Source: Lachnospiraceae bacterium
Lineage (GTDB): Bacteria; Bacillota; Clostridia; Lachnospirales; Lachnospiraceae
NCBI GenBank assembly: GCA_022797535.1
Contig: JAAWKU010000005.1
Coordinates: 3,175 to 67,174, forward strand
Length of the DNA stretch: 64,000 nt
Direction of reading: 5' to 3'
Shown: positions 29,626-38,476 of the stretch, piece after piece
Layout of the letters: each line of letters begins with the position of its first letter
Numbering within the stretch: the stretch's first letter is position 1
Program-made: the position numbers and the translations under genes
The notes under the pieces: generated by a model
Seen by the model: the letters and a program-made list of their open reading frames with translations, nothing else
Databases searched by the model: none
What the model was told of the DNA's origin: nothing

Positions 29626-30280
29626 ATATAAAGAAGAGGACTTTCTACAGCTTGCGGGCTTGCAGCATTTTACCTTTTGCAGAAGGCAATGGGCATTGAT
29701 CCACATTGAGCAGCAGTGGGAGGAGAATGTTCTCACCGTAAAGGGCAATCTTTTTCATGAGAAGGTGCATGACGGGTATTCCAGGGAGAGGAGAAAGAAT
29801 GTGATAATCTCCAGAGGAATGCCCGTGCATTCCAGATCACTGGGAATCAGCGGGGAGTGCGATGTGGTGGAATTTGTCCGGGCAGAAGAAGGAATCTCTC
29901 TGCCCGGACAGGAGGGAAAGTACATCCTATATCCGGTTGAGTACAAACGGGGCAGGGCAAAAATCACGGATGAGGACAGAATGCAGTTGACAGCCCAGGT
30001 AATATGCCTGGAGGAAATGTTTTTGACAGAGATTTCCCGGGGCTATCTGTTTTACGGGGAAACCCGCAGACGGGAATGTGTGGAAATCACTGGGGAATTG
30101 CGTGCGGAATGCAGAAGGCTGCTTCAGGAGATGCACCAGTTTTATGCAAGGGGATACACTCCAAAAGTGAAAAAGGCTAAAAAATGCGAGGCATGTTCTC
30201 TGCGGGAACTCTGCCTGCCCAAGCTGGAGAACAGAAGGAATGTGGCGCAATATATCTCCCAATATATGGAGTCTGATTGA
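29612..30280 (+). CDS. cas4: Cas4 exonuclease
   Basis: LQHFTFCRRQW, DVVE..PVEYKRG RecB motif, QLTAQ, C-terminal CEACSL..LCLP Fe-S ligands. Confidence 0.95.
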   Translation: MTEFEYKEEDFLQLAGLQHFTFCRRQWALIHIEQQWEENVLTVKGNLFHEKVHDGYSRERRKNVIISRGMPVHSRSLGISGECDVVEFVRAEEGISLPGQEGKYILYPVEYKRGRAKITDEDRMQLTAQVICLEEMFLTEISRGYLFYGETRRRECVEITGELRAECRRLLQEMHQFYARGYTPKVKKAKKCEACSLRELCLPKLENRRNVAQYISQYMESD

Positions 30281-30296
30281 GTGCGAAATCGCGGGA

Positions 30297-30580
30297 AAGA
30301 ATGCGGATTTCGGATTGAATGCGAAGCCGCATAAAGAAAGCTGATTCAGGTTGAAGTCGTAGCTGAGTGAAGAAAGCGGATTCAGGTTGAAATTGTAGCT
30401 GCGATAAGAAAGCTGATTCAGGTTGAAATCGTAGCTGCGATAAGAAAGCGGATCCAGGCTGAAATCGTAGCTGCGAGAAGAAAGCGGATTCAGGTTGAAA
30501 TCGTAGCTGCGATAAGAAAGCGGATCCAAGCTGAAATCGTAGCTACGTAGAAGAATACTGATTCAGGGTTGAACCCGAAA
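30297..30580. repeat. 36-bp tandem repeat: six good copies (30334-30549) plus degenerate flanking copies
   Basis: Consensus AAGAAAGC(G/T)GAT(T/C)CAGG(T/C)TGAAATCGTAGCTGCGAT; units start at 30334, 30370, 30406, 30442, 30478, 30514. Confidence 0.95.
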
Positions 30581-30639
30581 CTGTAGGAAAAGATATTGAT
30601 TCAGATAAGTCTGCTGAAGTTAATAACTTGAAGATTGGT

Positions 30640-30875
30640 ACACGGGCACATCCATAATCAAACTTACAGTACCGCCTATATCGCTATCTGTCTTGTTGGT
30701 GTCAGAAGGCGATGCCACCCCATCGCCTTCTTCCTCCACCTTGAAGAGTGACAATATATCCGGCACTATTAGTTCAAAGATGAACATGCGAGCACATTAG
30801 TGGGCTTGGCGACGTTTTAAAGACAGCAACATGGCCGGCTCCCAACATGCATTCAGAGGAAGGGATATAAACAAG
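30640..30875 (+). mobile_element. Structured non-coding segment resembling an IS110-family left end (bridge-RNA-like), no transposase
   Basis: Seen: 11-bp perfect hairpin 30704-30731, -10-like CATAAT at 30653, no ORF. Recalled, unverified: motifs ATAATCAAACTTACAGTACCGCCT, GGTGTCAGAA, TGGCGACGTT..GACAGC upstream of clostridial IS110 transposases. Confidence 0.4.
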
Positions 30876-30892
30876 ATTGTGAGGATACATAC

Positions 30893-31924
30893 ATGAGGAA
30901 ACTGCTGAATACGCTGTATATTACATCCAGTGAATATTATCTGTCACTGGACGGGGAAAACGTGATTATTTCCCAGGGTAAGAAAGAGATGGGGAGGTTG
31001 CCGCTTCACAATCTGGAGGCTATTGTGACATGTGGATACGCAGGGGCAAGTCCGGCTTTAATGGAGAAGTGTGCGGCCGGCAATATCTCCATGACATTTC
31101 TGTCTCCCACAGGCAGATTCCGGGCTAAAGTAACGGGAAAGGCATATGGCAATATCCTGTTGCGAAGGACACAGTATCGAATGGCAGATGATAAGAAACA
31201 AACGTTGGAGATTGCCCGGAATTTCATGATCGGAAAAATATATAACCAGCGAAGCGTTATAAACCGAGCTATGCGGGACTATGGAGAACGGTTGGATACG
31301 GAAAAGCTGAGCCTGGTCTCTACTCAGCTCAAAGGGACCCTTCAAAGCGTGAGAGAGGCGGATACCATGGAAACGCTGCGGGGAAACGAGGGAGAGGCGG
31401 CTTCCCGCTATTTTTCCCAGTTTAATCAGTTGATCTTACAGCAGAGAGAGGAGTTCTCTTTTGATACGAGAAACAGGAGACCGCCATTGGATAAGGTGAA
31501 TGCTTTACTCTCCTTCACATATGCCCTTTTGACCAGTATGTGCGTAGCAGCCCTGGAGACGGTGGGCCTGGATCCCTATGCGGGCTTTATGCATACGGAC
31601 AGGCCGGGACGCTGTTCACTGGCGTTGGATTTGATGGAGGAACTCAGAGCCCCTTACGCCGATCGGTTTACCCTTTCCTGCATTAACAGGAAAATGGTGG
31701 ATTCAACAGATTTTGAAGAGAAGGAGAATGGGGCTGTTTTTCTAAACGAGTCCGGGAGGAAAAAATATCTGTCCGCATGGCAGAACAAAAAGGCAGAAAA
31801 GTTGACGCATCCCTATTTGCAGGAGAGCATAGAATGGGGGCTTGTTCCTTATGTGCAGGCATTGTTGTTGGCTCGCTTTATAAGGGGAGATCTGGATGGA
31901 TATCCTCCCTTTTTATGGAAATAA
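30893..31924 (+). CDS. cas1: Type I-C Cas1 integrase
   Basis: MRKLLNTLYIT, RGNEGEAASRYF, RNRRPPLD.VNALLSF.Y, GFMHTDRPGR.SLALDLMEE, GDLDGYPPFLWK. Confidence 0.97.
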   Translation: MRKLLNTLYITSSEYYLSLDGENVIISQGKKEMGRLPLHNLEAIVTCGYAGASPALMEKCAAGNISMTFLSPTGRFRAKVTGKAYGNILLRRTQYRMADDKKQTLEIARNFMIGKIYNQRSVINRAMRDYGERLDTEKLSLVSTQLKGTLQSVREADTMETLRGNEGEAASRYFSQFNQLILQQREEFSFDTRNRRPPLDKVNALLSFTYALLTSMCVAALETVGLDPYAGFMHTDRPGRCSLALDLMEELRAPYADRFTLSCINRKMVDSTDFEEKENGAVFLNESGRKKYLSAWQNKKAEKLTHPYLQESIEWGLVPYVQALLLARFIRGDLDGYPPFLWK

Positions 31925-31969
31925 GTTCTATGATACCTGTAATATACAATATGCGGTGGAGGGGATTAT

Positions 31970-32260
31970 ATGTTGATTGTTGTTACTTATGATGTGTCTA
32001 CCGAAACGGCTGCGGGAAGGGCCAGATTGCGAAAAGTTGCCAAACAATGCCAGAACTACGGACAGCGTGTCCAAAACTCGGTATTCGAATGTATTATTGA
32101 TGAGGCCCAGTTTGTCACTTTCAGAAGTAGTTTGCTGAAATTGATTAAAGAAGAGGAGGATAGCCTGCGCTTTTACCGCCTGGGAAACTCATACCACAAT
32201 CGCATAGAGCACTATGGAAGCAAAAATGTGCCGGATCTGGAGGCCCCTATTATTTTTTAA
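31970..32260 (+). CDS. cas2: Cas2
   Basis: MLIVVTYDV, RVQNSVFEC, DSLRFYRLG. Confidence 0.97.
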   Translation: MLIVVTYDVSTETAAGRARLRKVAKQCQNYGQRVQNSVFECIIDEAQFVTFRSSLLKLIKEEEDSLRFYRLGNSYHNRIEHYGSKNVPDLEAPIIF

Positions 32261-32423
32261 ACAGTGCGAATGCCAAGTACACATGCATTTGCAGAGAGTT
32301 TCGCACCTGATACTGTATCTATTTAGAGTCTATATTTTATGACAAGAGTAAAACAAGTGTGAAATATTGTTAACAATATATAACTTGTTAGCAATAGAAG
32401 TGATATTTTTGTTTACTTTTGGA
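32261..32423 (+). promoter_or_regulatory. CRISPR leader
   Basis: AT-rich 163 bp between cas2 and repeat 1; GTGCGAA (32264) / TTCGCAC (32300) inverted pair. Confidence 0.85.
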
Positions 32424-34510
32424 GTCACTCCCCGTGCGGGAGTGTGGATTGAAATTGGCCTGGCCAGTACAGGCGCAAACCAAATATACAGTCACTCCCC
32501 GTGCGGGAGTGTGGATTGAAATTGTCCCCGGAAGCCTATGAGGAAATGCGGGACTGTCACTCCCCGTGCGGGAGTGTGGATTGAAATCTTATCTATCTGC
32601 TGAACCGCATTGAGAGCAAAGGTCACTCCCCGTGCGGGAGTGTGGATTGAAATTCATAAACCGTGGGATTTACGCCTGCGGAATCCATGTCACTCCCCGT
32701 GCGGGAGTGTGGATTGAAATGCTGACGCAGTAAGCGCATCTGACACCTCGGTGCGTCACTCCCCGTGCGGGAGTGTGGATTGAAATTTCTGGCGGCAACG
32801 AACGTGTACCACATATACCAGTGTCACTCCCCGTGCGGGAGTGTGGATTGAAATTGCGGATGGGGTAACGGATTTGGCGGCGGCTATGGGTCACTCCCCG
32901 TGCGGGAGTGTGGATTGAAATTTTTGTATTTTTCAGTTCCGCCCGGATGTTTCCCGTCACTCCCCGTGCGGGAGTGTGGATTGAAATCCTCTGACGAGGA
33001 TGTTAGAAAAATACTGGTTTAGTCACTCCCCGTGCGGGAGTGTGGATTGAAATTTGCTGTCTTACGTCACCGATGAGCAGGGCAATATGTCACTCCCCGT
33101 GCGGGAGTGTGGATTGAAATGTCCTGGCGATGTGATCCAGCGCTTTGGTAATCGTCACTCCCCGTGCGGGAGTGTGGATTGAAATATCAGGAGGCTCCTC
33201 TTCCGGCGGAGGAGACGGATGTCACTCCCCGTGCGGGAGTGTGGATTGAAATTGATGTATCAACCAATGAAAAATATGAAATAGAAGTCACTCCCCGTGC
33301 GGGAGTGTGGATTGAAATTCTTGTGGTCCTGCGGCCGGTATTTTGCCATGCGGTCACTCCCCGTGCGGGAGTGTGGATTGAAATGATTTTTTCAGATAAT
33401 CCATCAAAGAATCCGGCCAGTCACTCCCCGTGCGGGAGTGTGGATTGAAATCCAAAATTTTTAAAAGGTGTGTGGGTCAGCGAGTCACTCCCCGTGCGGG
33501 AGTGTGGATTGAAATATATACCATAACACCTTTTGACATTTTACCAGCGTCACTCCCCGTGCGGGAGTGTGGATTGAAATCTTATCTATCTGCTTAACCG
33601 CATTGAGAACAAAGGTCACTCCCCGTGCGGGAGTGTGGATTGAAATAAATCCAGTCGCCTTGATAGAAAAATCGCGATGCGCAGTCACTCCCCGTGCGGG
33701 AGTGTGGATTGAAATAACCGCCTGTCGTGGGAAGCCTGCCGCCGGATTGTCACTCCCCGTGCGGGAGTGTGGATTGAAATGTCCGATAATTCAGAGCAGG
33801 AGAGCAATCTTCCAGTCACTCCCCGTGCGGGAGTGTGGATTGAAATTCCGATACCTCTGTGCATGCTGCCATGCTCATTGAGTCACTCCCCGTGCGGGAG
33901 TGTGGATTGAAATTGTATTCCGATCCGCACCGTAGAGGACTGGGCTGCGTCACTCCCCGTGCGGGAGTGTGGATTGAAATATTGATGATTACCAGTTTAA
34001 CCGGCTATGGACAGTCACTCCCCGTGCGGGAGTGTGGATTGAAATCGTCTGAAGTAATAGTAAAATGTAAAGTATCGGAGTCACTCCCCGTGCGGGAGTG
34101 TGGATTGAAATAACACACAATCCTAGGCAGATTGAGGAATGAGTGCGTCACTCCCCGTGCGGGAGTGTGGATTGAAATCATTGAGGAACATCCTTTTGCT
34201 CTTAAGGTCAACAGTCACTCCCCGTGCGGGAGTGTGGATTGAAATAATCTGCGCCGCAATCTCTATTAGCTTGCAGACGGTCACTCCCCGTGCGGGAGTG
34301 TGGATTGAAATCTCCTTTGTGGCTTTGTCATCGAGCATATTTTCCGTCACTCCCCGTGCGGGAGTGTGGATTGAAATATATGGGTGGAACGGGGAGGGCG
34401 GTGTCCGCTGGGGTCACTCCCCGTGCGGGAGTGTGGATTGAAATTGTTAAAGATGCATTTGAACTAATGAAACACATGGTCACTCCCCGTGCGGAAGTAC
34501 AGATTGTGCC
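32424..34510 (+). CRISPR. Type I-C CRISPR array: 32 repeats, 31 spacers of 32-37 nt
   Basis: Repeat GTCACTCCCCGTGCGGGAGTGTGGATTGAAAT (32 nt; CACTCCC/GGGAGTG stem); 31 identical copies and a degenerate terminal copy at 34479. Confidence 0.99.
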
Positions 34511-34790
34511 CCAAAGTGCTGCCCTTGAAAACAACAATGGCAAATAGCGTTATCCTCCTAAATAGAAACGGGAACCGTAAAAATTCTCCCCCCCTACCGA
34601 AAGCTCTCACCATATTTCTCATTCATTCATAAAACTATCCAATTTAAAGAATAGCCATCACTATAGCTTTGCCATTCAAGAAAACAAGCAGAGTTTTCCC
34701 TCTTGACCTTATCCCAGGGACATGGTTTATACTTTGCATGAAATGATTCCCTTAAAGGATCCCGGCACAGGTTGTCAAAGCAAAAGGAGC

Positions 34791-35752
34791 GTTAATTTGG
34801 GCGTAATAAAAAAATTGATCCGGCAGCATAAAATTCTGTTTTTTACAGCAGTTTTCCTAACAGTTCTATCGGTTTTACTCAATTTGTGCTGGAATAAATT
34901 CCTGATGGAACTGCTGAACAGGCTGGGAAATTCTGTCTCTTGTTCCTCTCAAGCAGGAATGGGGTTATGGTTTCTGGCAAGAGGGGGATCGCACTGCTGT
35001 ATTCATTTAGTGAATTTGTATCCTTCTGCCTGGCCTCCTGCGTCTGTGAGAACTTTGCGCATGACCTGCGCATGGGATATGTGAAATATTATCTGCAAAA
35101 CGATATCCGAAATTTGGCCGTACTGAAGGCAGGAGAGGAGCAGTCTGCCATGCAAAATGAATTGAAGGATATTTCAGACTATTTCCATGAGAATCTCTTT
35201 TCTTTCATGAAACAGTTTGTTACCTATGGAATCACGGCCTTCTTTCTGTTCCGCCAGAATCCCAGACTGGCTCTGGTTTCTGTCCTTCCCGCCTTTCCGC
35301 TTATGGCTTATTGCTTTTACACGGGCAGGATTATTAAAAACTGCACGGAACAATGTCAAAGGAGTAAAAAACAGATAAACGGTTTGGCAGATGTCCTTTT
35401 GGAGTTGTTTCCTGTGATTCAGGTGTATGACGCTTACAGACTAATCCGCCAGGCCATGGGCAGACAGATTCTGAATTGGCAAAACGCCAATATCAGGAGG
35501 GAAAAGATTTCAGCCAGTCTCATGTCCCTGTCCGGCCTGCTTTCCTTTCTGCCTTTATTGCTGCTGCTTGGGTTTGGAGGAACGATGGTGGTAAAGGAGG
35601 AGATCGGTATGGGTACTTTCTATATCTTTATCAACCTGTCAGGCAATGTCTCGGGATTCCTGCAAAATATGCCCAACATTTATGCTGGTTTCAGACGATT
35701 TGAGGCATCCGTTGAAGGTCTTGGAGAAAAGCTGGTATTAGGTAAGCACTAA
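34791..35752 (+). pseudogene. ABC transporter transmembrane subunit, frameshifted
   Basis: First TM helix is in one frame (ends 35084), the rest of the TMD in another (to 35752); shift lies around 34930-34990. Confidence 0.65.
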
Positions 35753-35798
35753 AAGAGCCAAATAGCGAAAGAGCCAAATAGCAAAAGAGCTAAATAAT
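35751..35798. repeat. 16-bp tandem repeat, three copies
   Basis: AAAAGAGCCAAATAGC / GAAAGAGCCAAATAGC / AAAAGAGCTAAATAAT. Confidence 0.85.
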
Positions 35799-35836
35799 TA
35801 AAGAGTAGTATGGCAAAAGAGTCTGAAAGGGGAAAA

Positions 35837-36241
35837 ATGAGTCAGTACGCAATTCATCTGGACAATATTACCTACTCCTATGAGGGAGGCGCAGTGCTGA
35901 GGAACCTGTCCCTCAAAGTAAGGCCCGGAGAACATGTGGGTATCCTGGGGGACAGCGGATGCGGTAAAAGCACTTTGCTTAAGATTGTGGCGGGACTTTA
36001 CCAACCGGACAGCGGAACGGTTGATGTGGCGGAAGAGAGTTCCCCTGGGAAAATAAGGGAAAAAGTAGCTCTGGTGATGCAGCAGGGCTGTCTTTTTCCT
36101 CTGTCTATCCGGGACAATATTTCCTGCGGCCATGATATTCCGGAAGAAAAATTGTGGGCTTCCTGTGAAAGCGCCAGTCTAGCCCGGTGGGTTGCCGGAC
36201 TCCCGGAGGGGTTGGACACCTATGTGGGAGAGCGGGGAAAT
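35837..36241 (+). pseudogene. ABC ATP-binding subunit truncated just before the signature motif
   Basis: GDSGCGKST Walker A and Q-loop present; ends at DTYVGERGN with no LSGGQ, Walker B or H-loop. Confidence 0.85.
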
Positions 36242-36681
36242 TCGGGGAAATCGCGGACTTCTTCGGTGTTTCCAGGAAAGCCATCCGCCTCTATGAAAAG
36301 AAAGGCATCATTAAGCCTGTGAAAGTAGCCCCTCAAAACGGATATCGGTACTATAGCGCCGCGCAGGTGCAGCAGCTGAACGCATTGCTGGAACTGAAGA
36401 CGCTGGGTTTCTCCCTGGAAGAAATCAAGTCCGTTCTGGACGGGGACACCACCGGGGAGGGGCTGCTGAACGCTTTGGCAAAAAAGCGGCAGGCATGGCA
36501 GGAAGCTATGGAAACGGCCAGTTATAAGTCGGCATGTTTGGAGAGTATACTGCGCAATTCCCGGGATGCGGACAGGATGACGGAACTGACCGACGACGAG
36601 CGGGCATGGCTTCTGGTTAAAATGGTGTGCATCGAGGATGTGAGGGCACAGAAAGCCCTGAGCGAGGCGCTGTGGCTGTAA
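36238..36681 (+). pseudogene. MerR-family regulator lacking its own start codon/RBS
   Basis: GEIADFFGVSRKAIRLYEKKGII..NGYRYY MerR HTH begins right at the ABC breakpoint. Confidence 0.8.
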
Positions 36682-36692
36682 CGGAAAGTATT

Positions 36693-37550
36693 TTACAGCA
36701 GCTTCCGGGTGATGGCCTCGGCTGTGGAAGAGCGGGCCCTGGCATAAAATTCCGGATTGCGTTTACAGAAAAGGTAAAACAGGCATTCGATCAGGAAGAG
36801 CTGTCCCATTTTGGCCGCCACGGAGCCGGACTGAAGGGGACTTTCGTTGTAGCCGCAGAGAAGCACCACGTCTGCAAATTCAGTGGCCGGGGACTTGGGA
36901 AAATGGGTGATCAATACCACCGAGACATGCTGTTTTTTTGCAATGCGCATGACGTCCTCCATATCCCTGGTGGATCCGGAATAGGAGAAGAAGAGGATGA
37001 CGTCCTTCTCCGACGCCAGAGCAATCTGAAGGGCCTGCATGTGGGAGTCCTCCACATGTACAAAGCGGGAGGTGGCGGTGGAGAAGCGGGCCCACGCCTC
37101 CATGGCCATGACCATGCTGTTGCCCTGGCCGAAGCAGAATACCCGGTCTGCGGCGGAAAGAAGATCCACCGCCCTGGAAAGTTCATTCTCGTCCAGAAGT
37201 TCCAGGGTTTCGTTCAGGGAGAGGACATTGGCGGCGTGCAGCTTGCCGAATATGCTGCCAGGGGAATCCTCCGAAGTGATGGTTTCGGAGGATTCCAGCG
37301 GTTCGCCCATATCCGTGACATAGGCTGCCTTGGCCAGGGCCAGCTTCAGATCGTTGTAGCCGGACAGCCCCAGGCTGTGGCTGAAGCGGGTGATGGAGGC
37401 TTCCGACACGCCGCTGTTTTCCGCCAGGCTGGAGATGGACAGATACTGGGCATCATGGGCGTTGGCAAAAATGTAATCCGCCAGCCTTTTGCCGGAGCGG
37501 GTGAGAGAATGATACTGCTCTGTAATCTGTTCCAGAATGTTTCCCGTCAT
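36693..37550 (-). CDS. RpiR/MurR-family regulator (NanR-like)
   Basis: HTH (SISSLAENSGVSEASITRF) plus SIS domain (FGQGNS, FFSYSGST, ITHF); ATG 37550 after GGAGG. Confidence 0.9.
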   Translation of the reverse strand: MTGNILEQITEQYHSLTRSGKRLADYIFANAHDAQYLSISSLAENSGVSEASITRFSHSLGLSGYNDLKLALAKAAYVTDMGEPLESSETITSEDSPGSIFGKLHAANVLSLNETLELLDENELSRAVDLLSAADRVFCFGQGNSMVMAMEAWARFSTATSRFVHVEDSHMQALQIALASEKDVILFFSYSGSTRDMEDVMRIAKKQHVSVVLITHFPKSPATEFADVVLLCGYNESPLQSGSVAAKMGQLFLIECLFYLFCKRNPEFYARARSSTAEAITRKLL

Positions 37551-37555
37551 GCCAG

Positions 37556-38440
37556 TCACCTCCCCTGTTCCAGGACAGCCGCTCCCAGCATACCGGCGCG
37601 GTTGCCCAGTTCTGTCTTTTGCACTTTCACATGCCGAAAGGACGGCATGATATTCTGGCCCAGTATCTCTCTGATTCGATCCGGCACATAGGACTGCTCC
37701 ATCACGCCGCCTCCCAGCAGGATGCAGGAGGGATTCAGCATATGTACCACAGTGGTGAGGCCGTAAACGATTTCCATGATCCACTGGTCCACAAGCTGCC
37801 GGATGCCGGGATCTTCCATGCGCTGGAAGATCAGCCGTCCGTTTGACAGGGCGGGATCCAGCTTCATGGCGCCGCTTACCAGAGCGGTGGTGGAGGCGTA
37901 TTTTTCATAGCATCCTGAATACATGTCTTTTTTTGCATCCCGCTGTTCCGGATGAGTGACCATGGCGCCGAACTCCCCGGCGGAGAAACTGCTTCCGGAG
38001 TAAAGTTTTCCGCCGGTGAAGATTGCGCCGCCCACTCCTGTTCCGTAAGTCAGGCAGACGAAATCAGACTGTCCCCTGCCTGCGCCAAATGCCGCTTCGC
38101 CGAGGGCTGCCGCATTGACGTCATTTTCCACGGCGGTGGGCATCTGAAATTCCTGTTCCATGATATCCTTCAGCGGTGTACCTGTATAGCCGGGGATATT
38201 TTCGTTGGCATAGATGATGCGGCCCCGGACAGGATCAACCTGTCCGGCGGTGCTGATACCGATGCGCTGGAAGGGATGGCGCTGCCGGTAGTCCGCGATG
38301 AGTCCCCTGATCCGCTCCACCACATGGGGGCCGCCCTGTTTTGCCTCCGTGGGTATTTCCCTGACGTCTGACAGCGTTCCGTCTGTGTAAAGGCCGGACT
38401 TGATCGCCGTGCCGCCTATGTCAAGAACCATTGTAGTCAT
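37556..38440 (-). CDS. nanK: ROK-family sugar kinase, probable N-acetylmannosamine kinase
   Basis: LDIGGT, ENDVNAAALGE, GTGVGG, AGEFG, LGGG; lies in a nan cluster. Confidence 0.8.
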   Translation of the reverse strand: MTTMVLDIGGTAIKSGLYTDGTLSDVREIPTEAKQGGPHVVERIRGLIADYRQRHPFQRIGISTAGQVDPVRGRIIYANENIPGYTGTPLKDIMEQEFQMPTAVENDVNAAALGEAAFGAGRGQSDFVCLTYGTGVGGAIFTGGKLYSGSSFSAGEFGAMVTHPEQRDAKKDMYSGCYEKYASTTALVSGAMKLDPALSNGRLIFQRMEDPGIRQLVDQWIMEIVYGLTTVVHMLNPSCILLGGGVMEQSYVPDRIREILGQNIMPSFRHVKVQKTELGNRAGMLGAAVLEQGR

Positions 38441-38476
38441 AACAATCCTCCATATTGGGGTTCCGCGCCTGTGCTC

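Noticed and set aside
29927-30529. 200-aa minus-strand ORF with LSYRSYDFNLN repeats
   Set aside because: Product of the 36-bp tandem array plus antisense cas4; no RBS or domain evidence.
30334-30549. 36-bp array as a second CRISPR array
   Set aside because: Units abut directly with no unique spacers and lack the repeat hairpin.
32623-34547. Short ORFs across the CRISPR array
   Set aside because: They are translations of repeats and spacers (VTPRAGVWIE, SLPVRECGLK), not genes.
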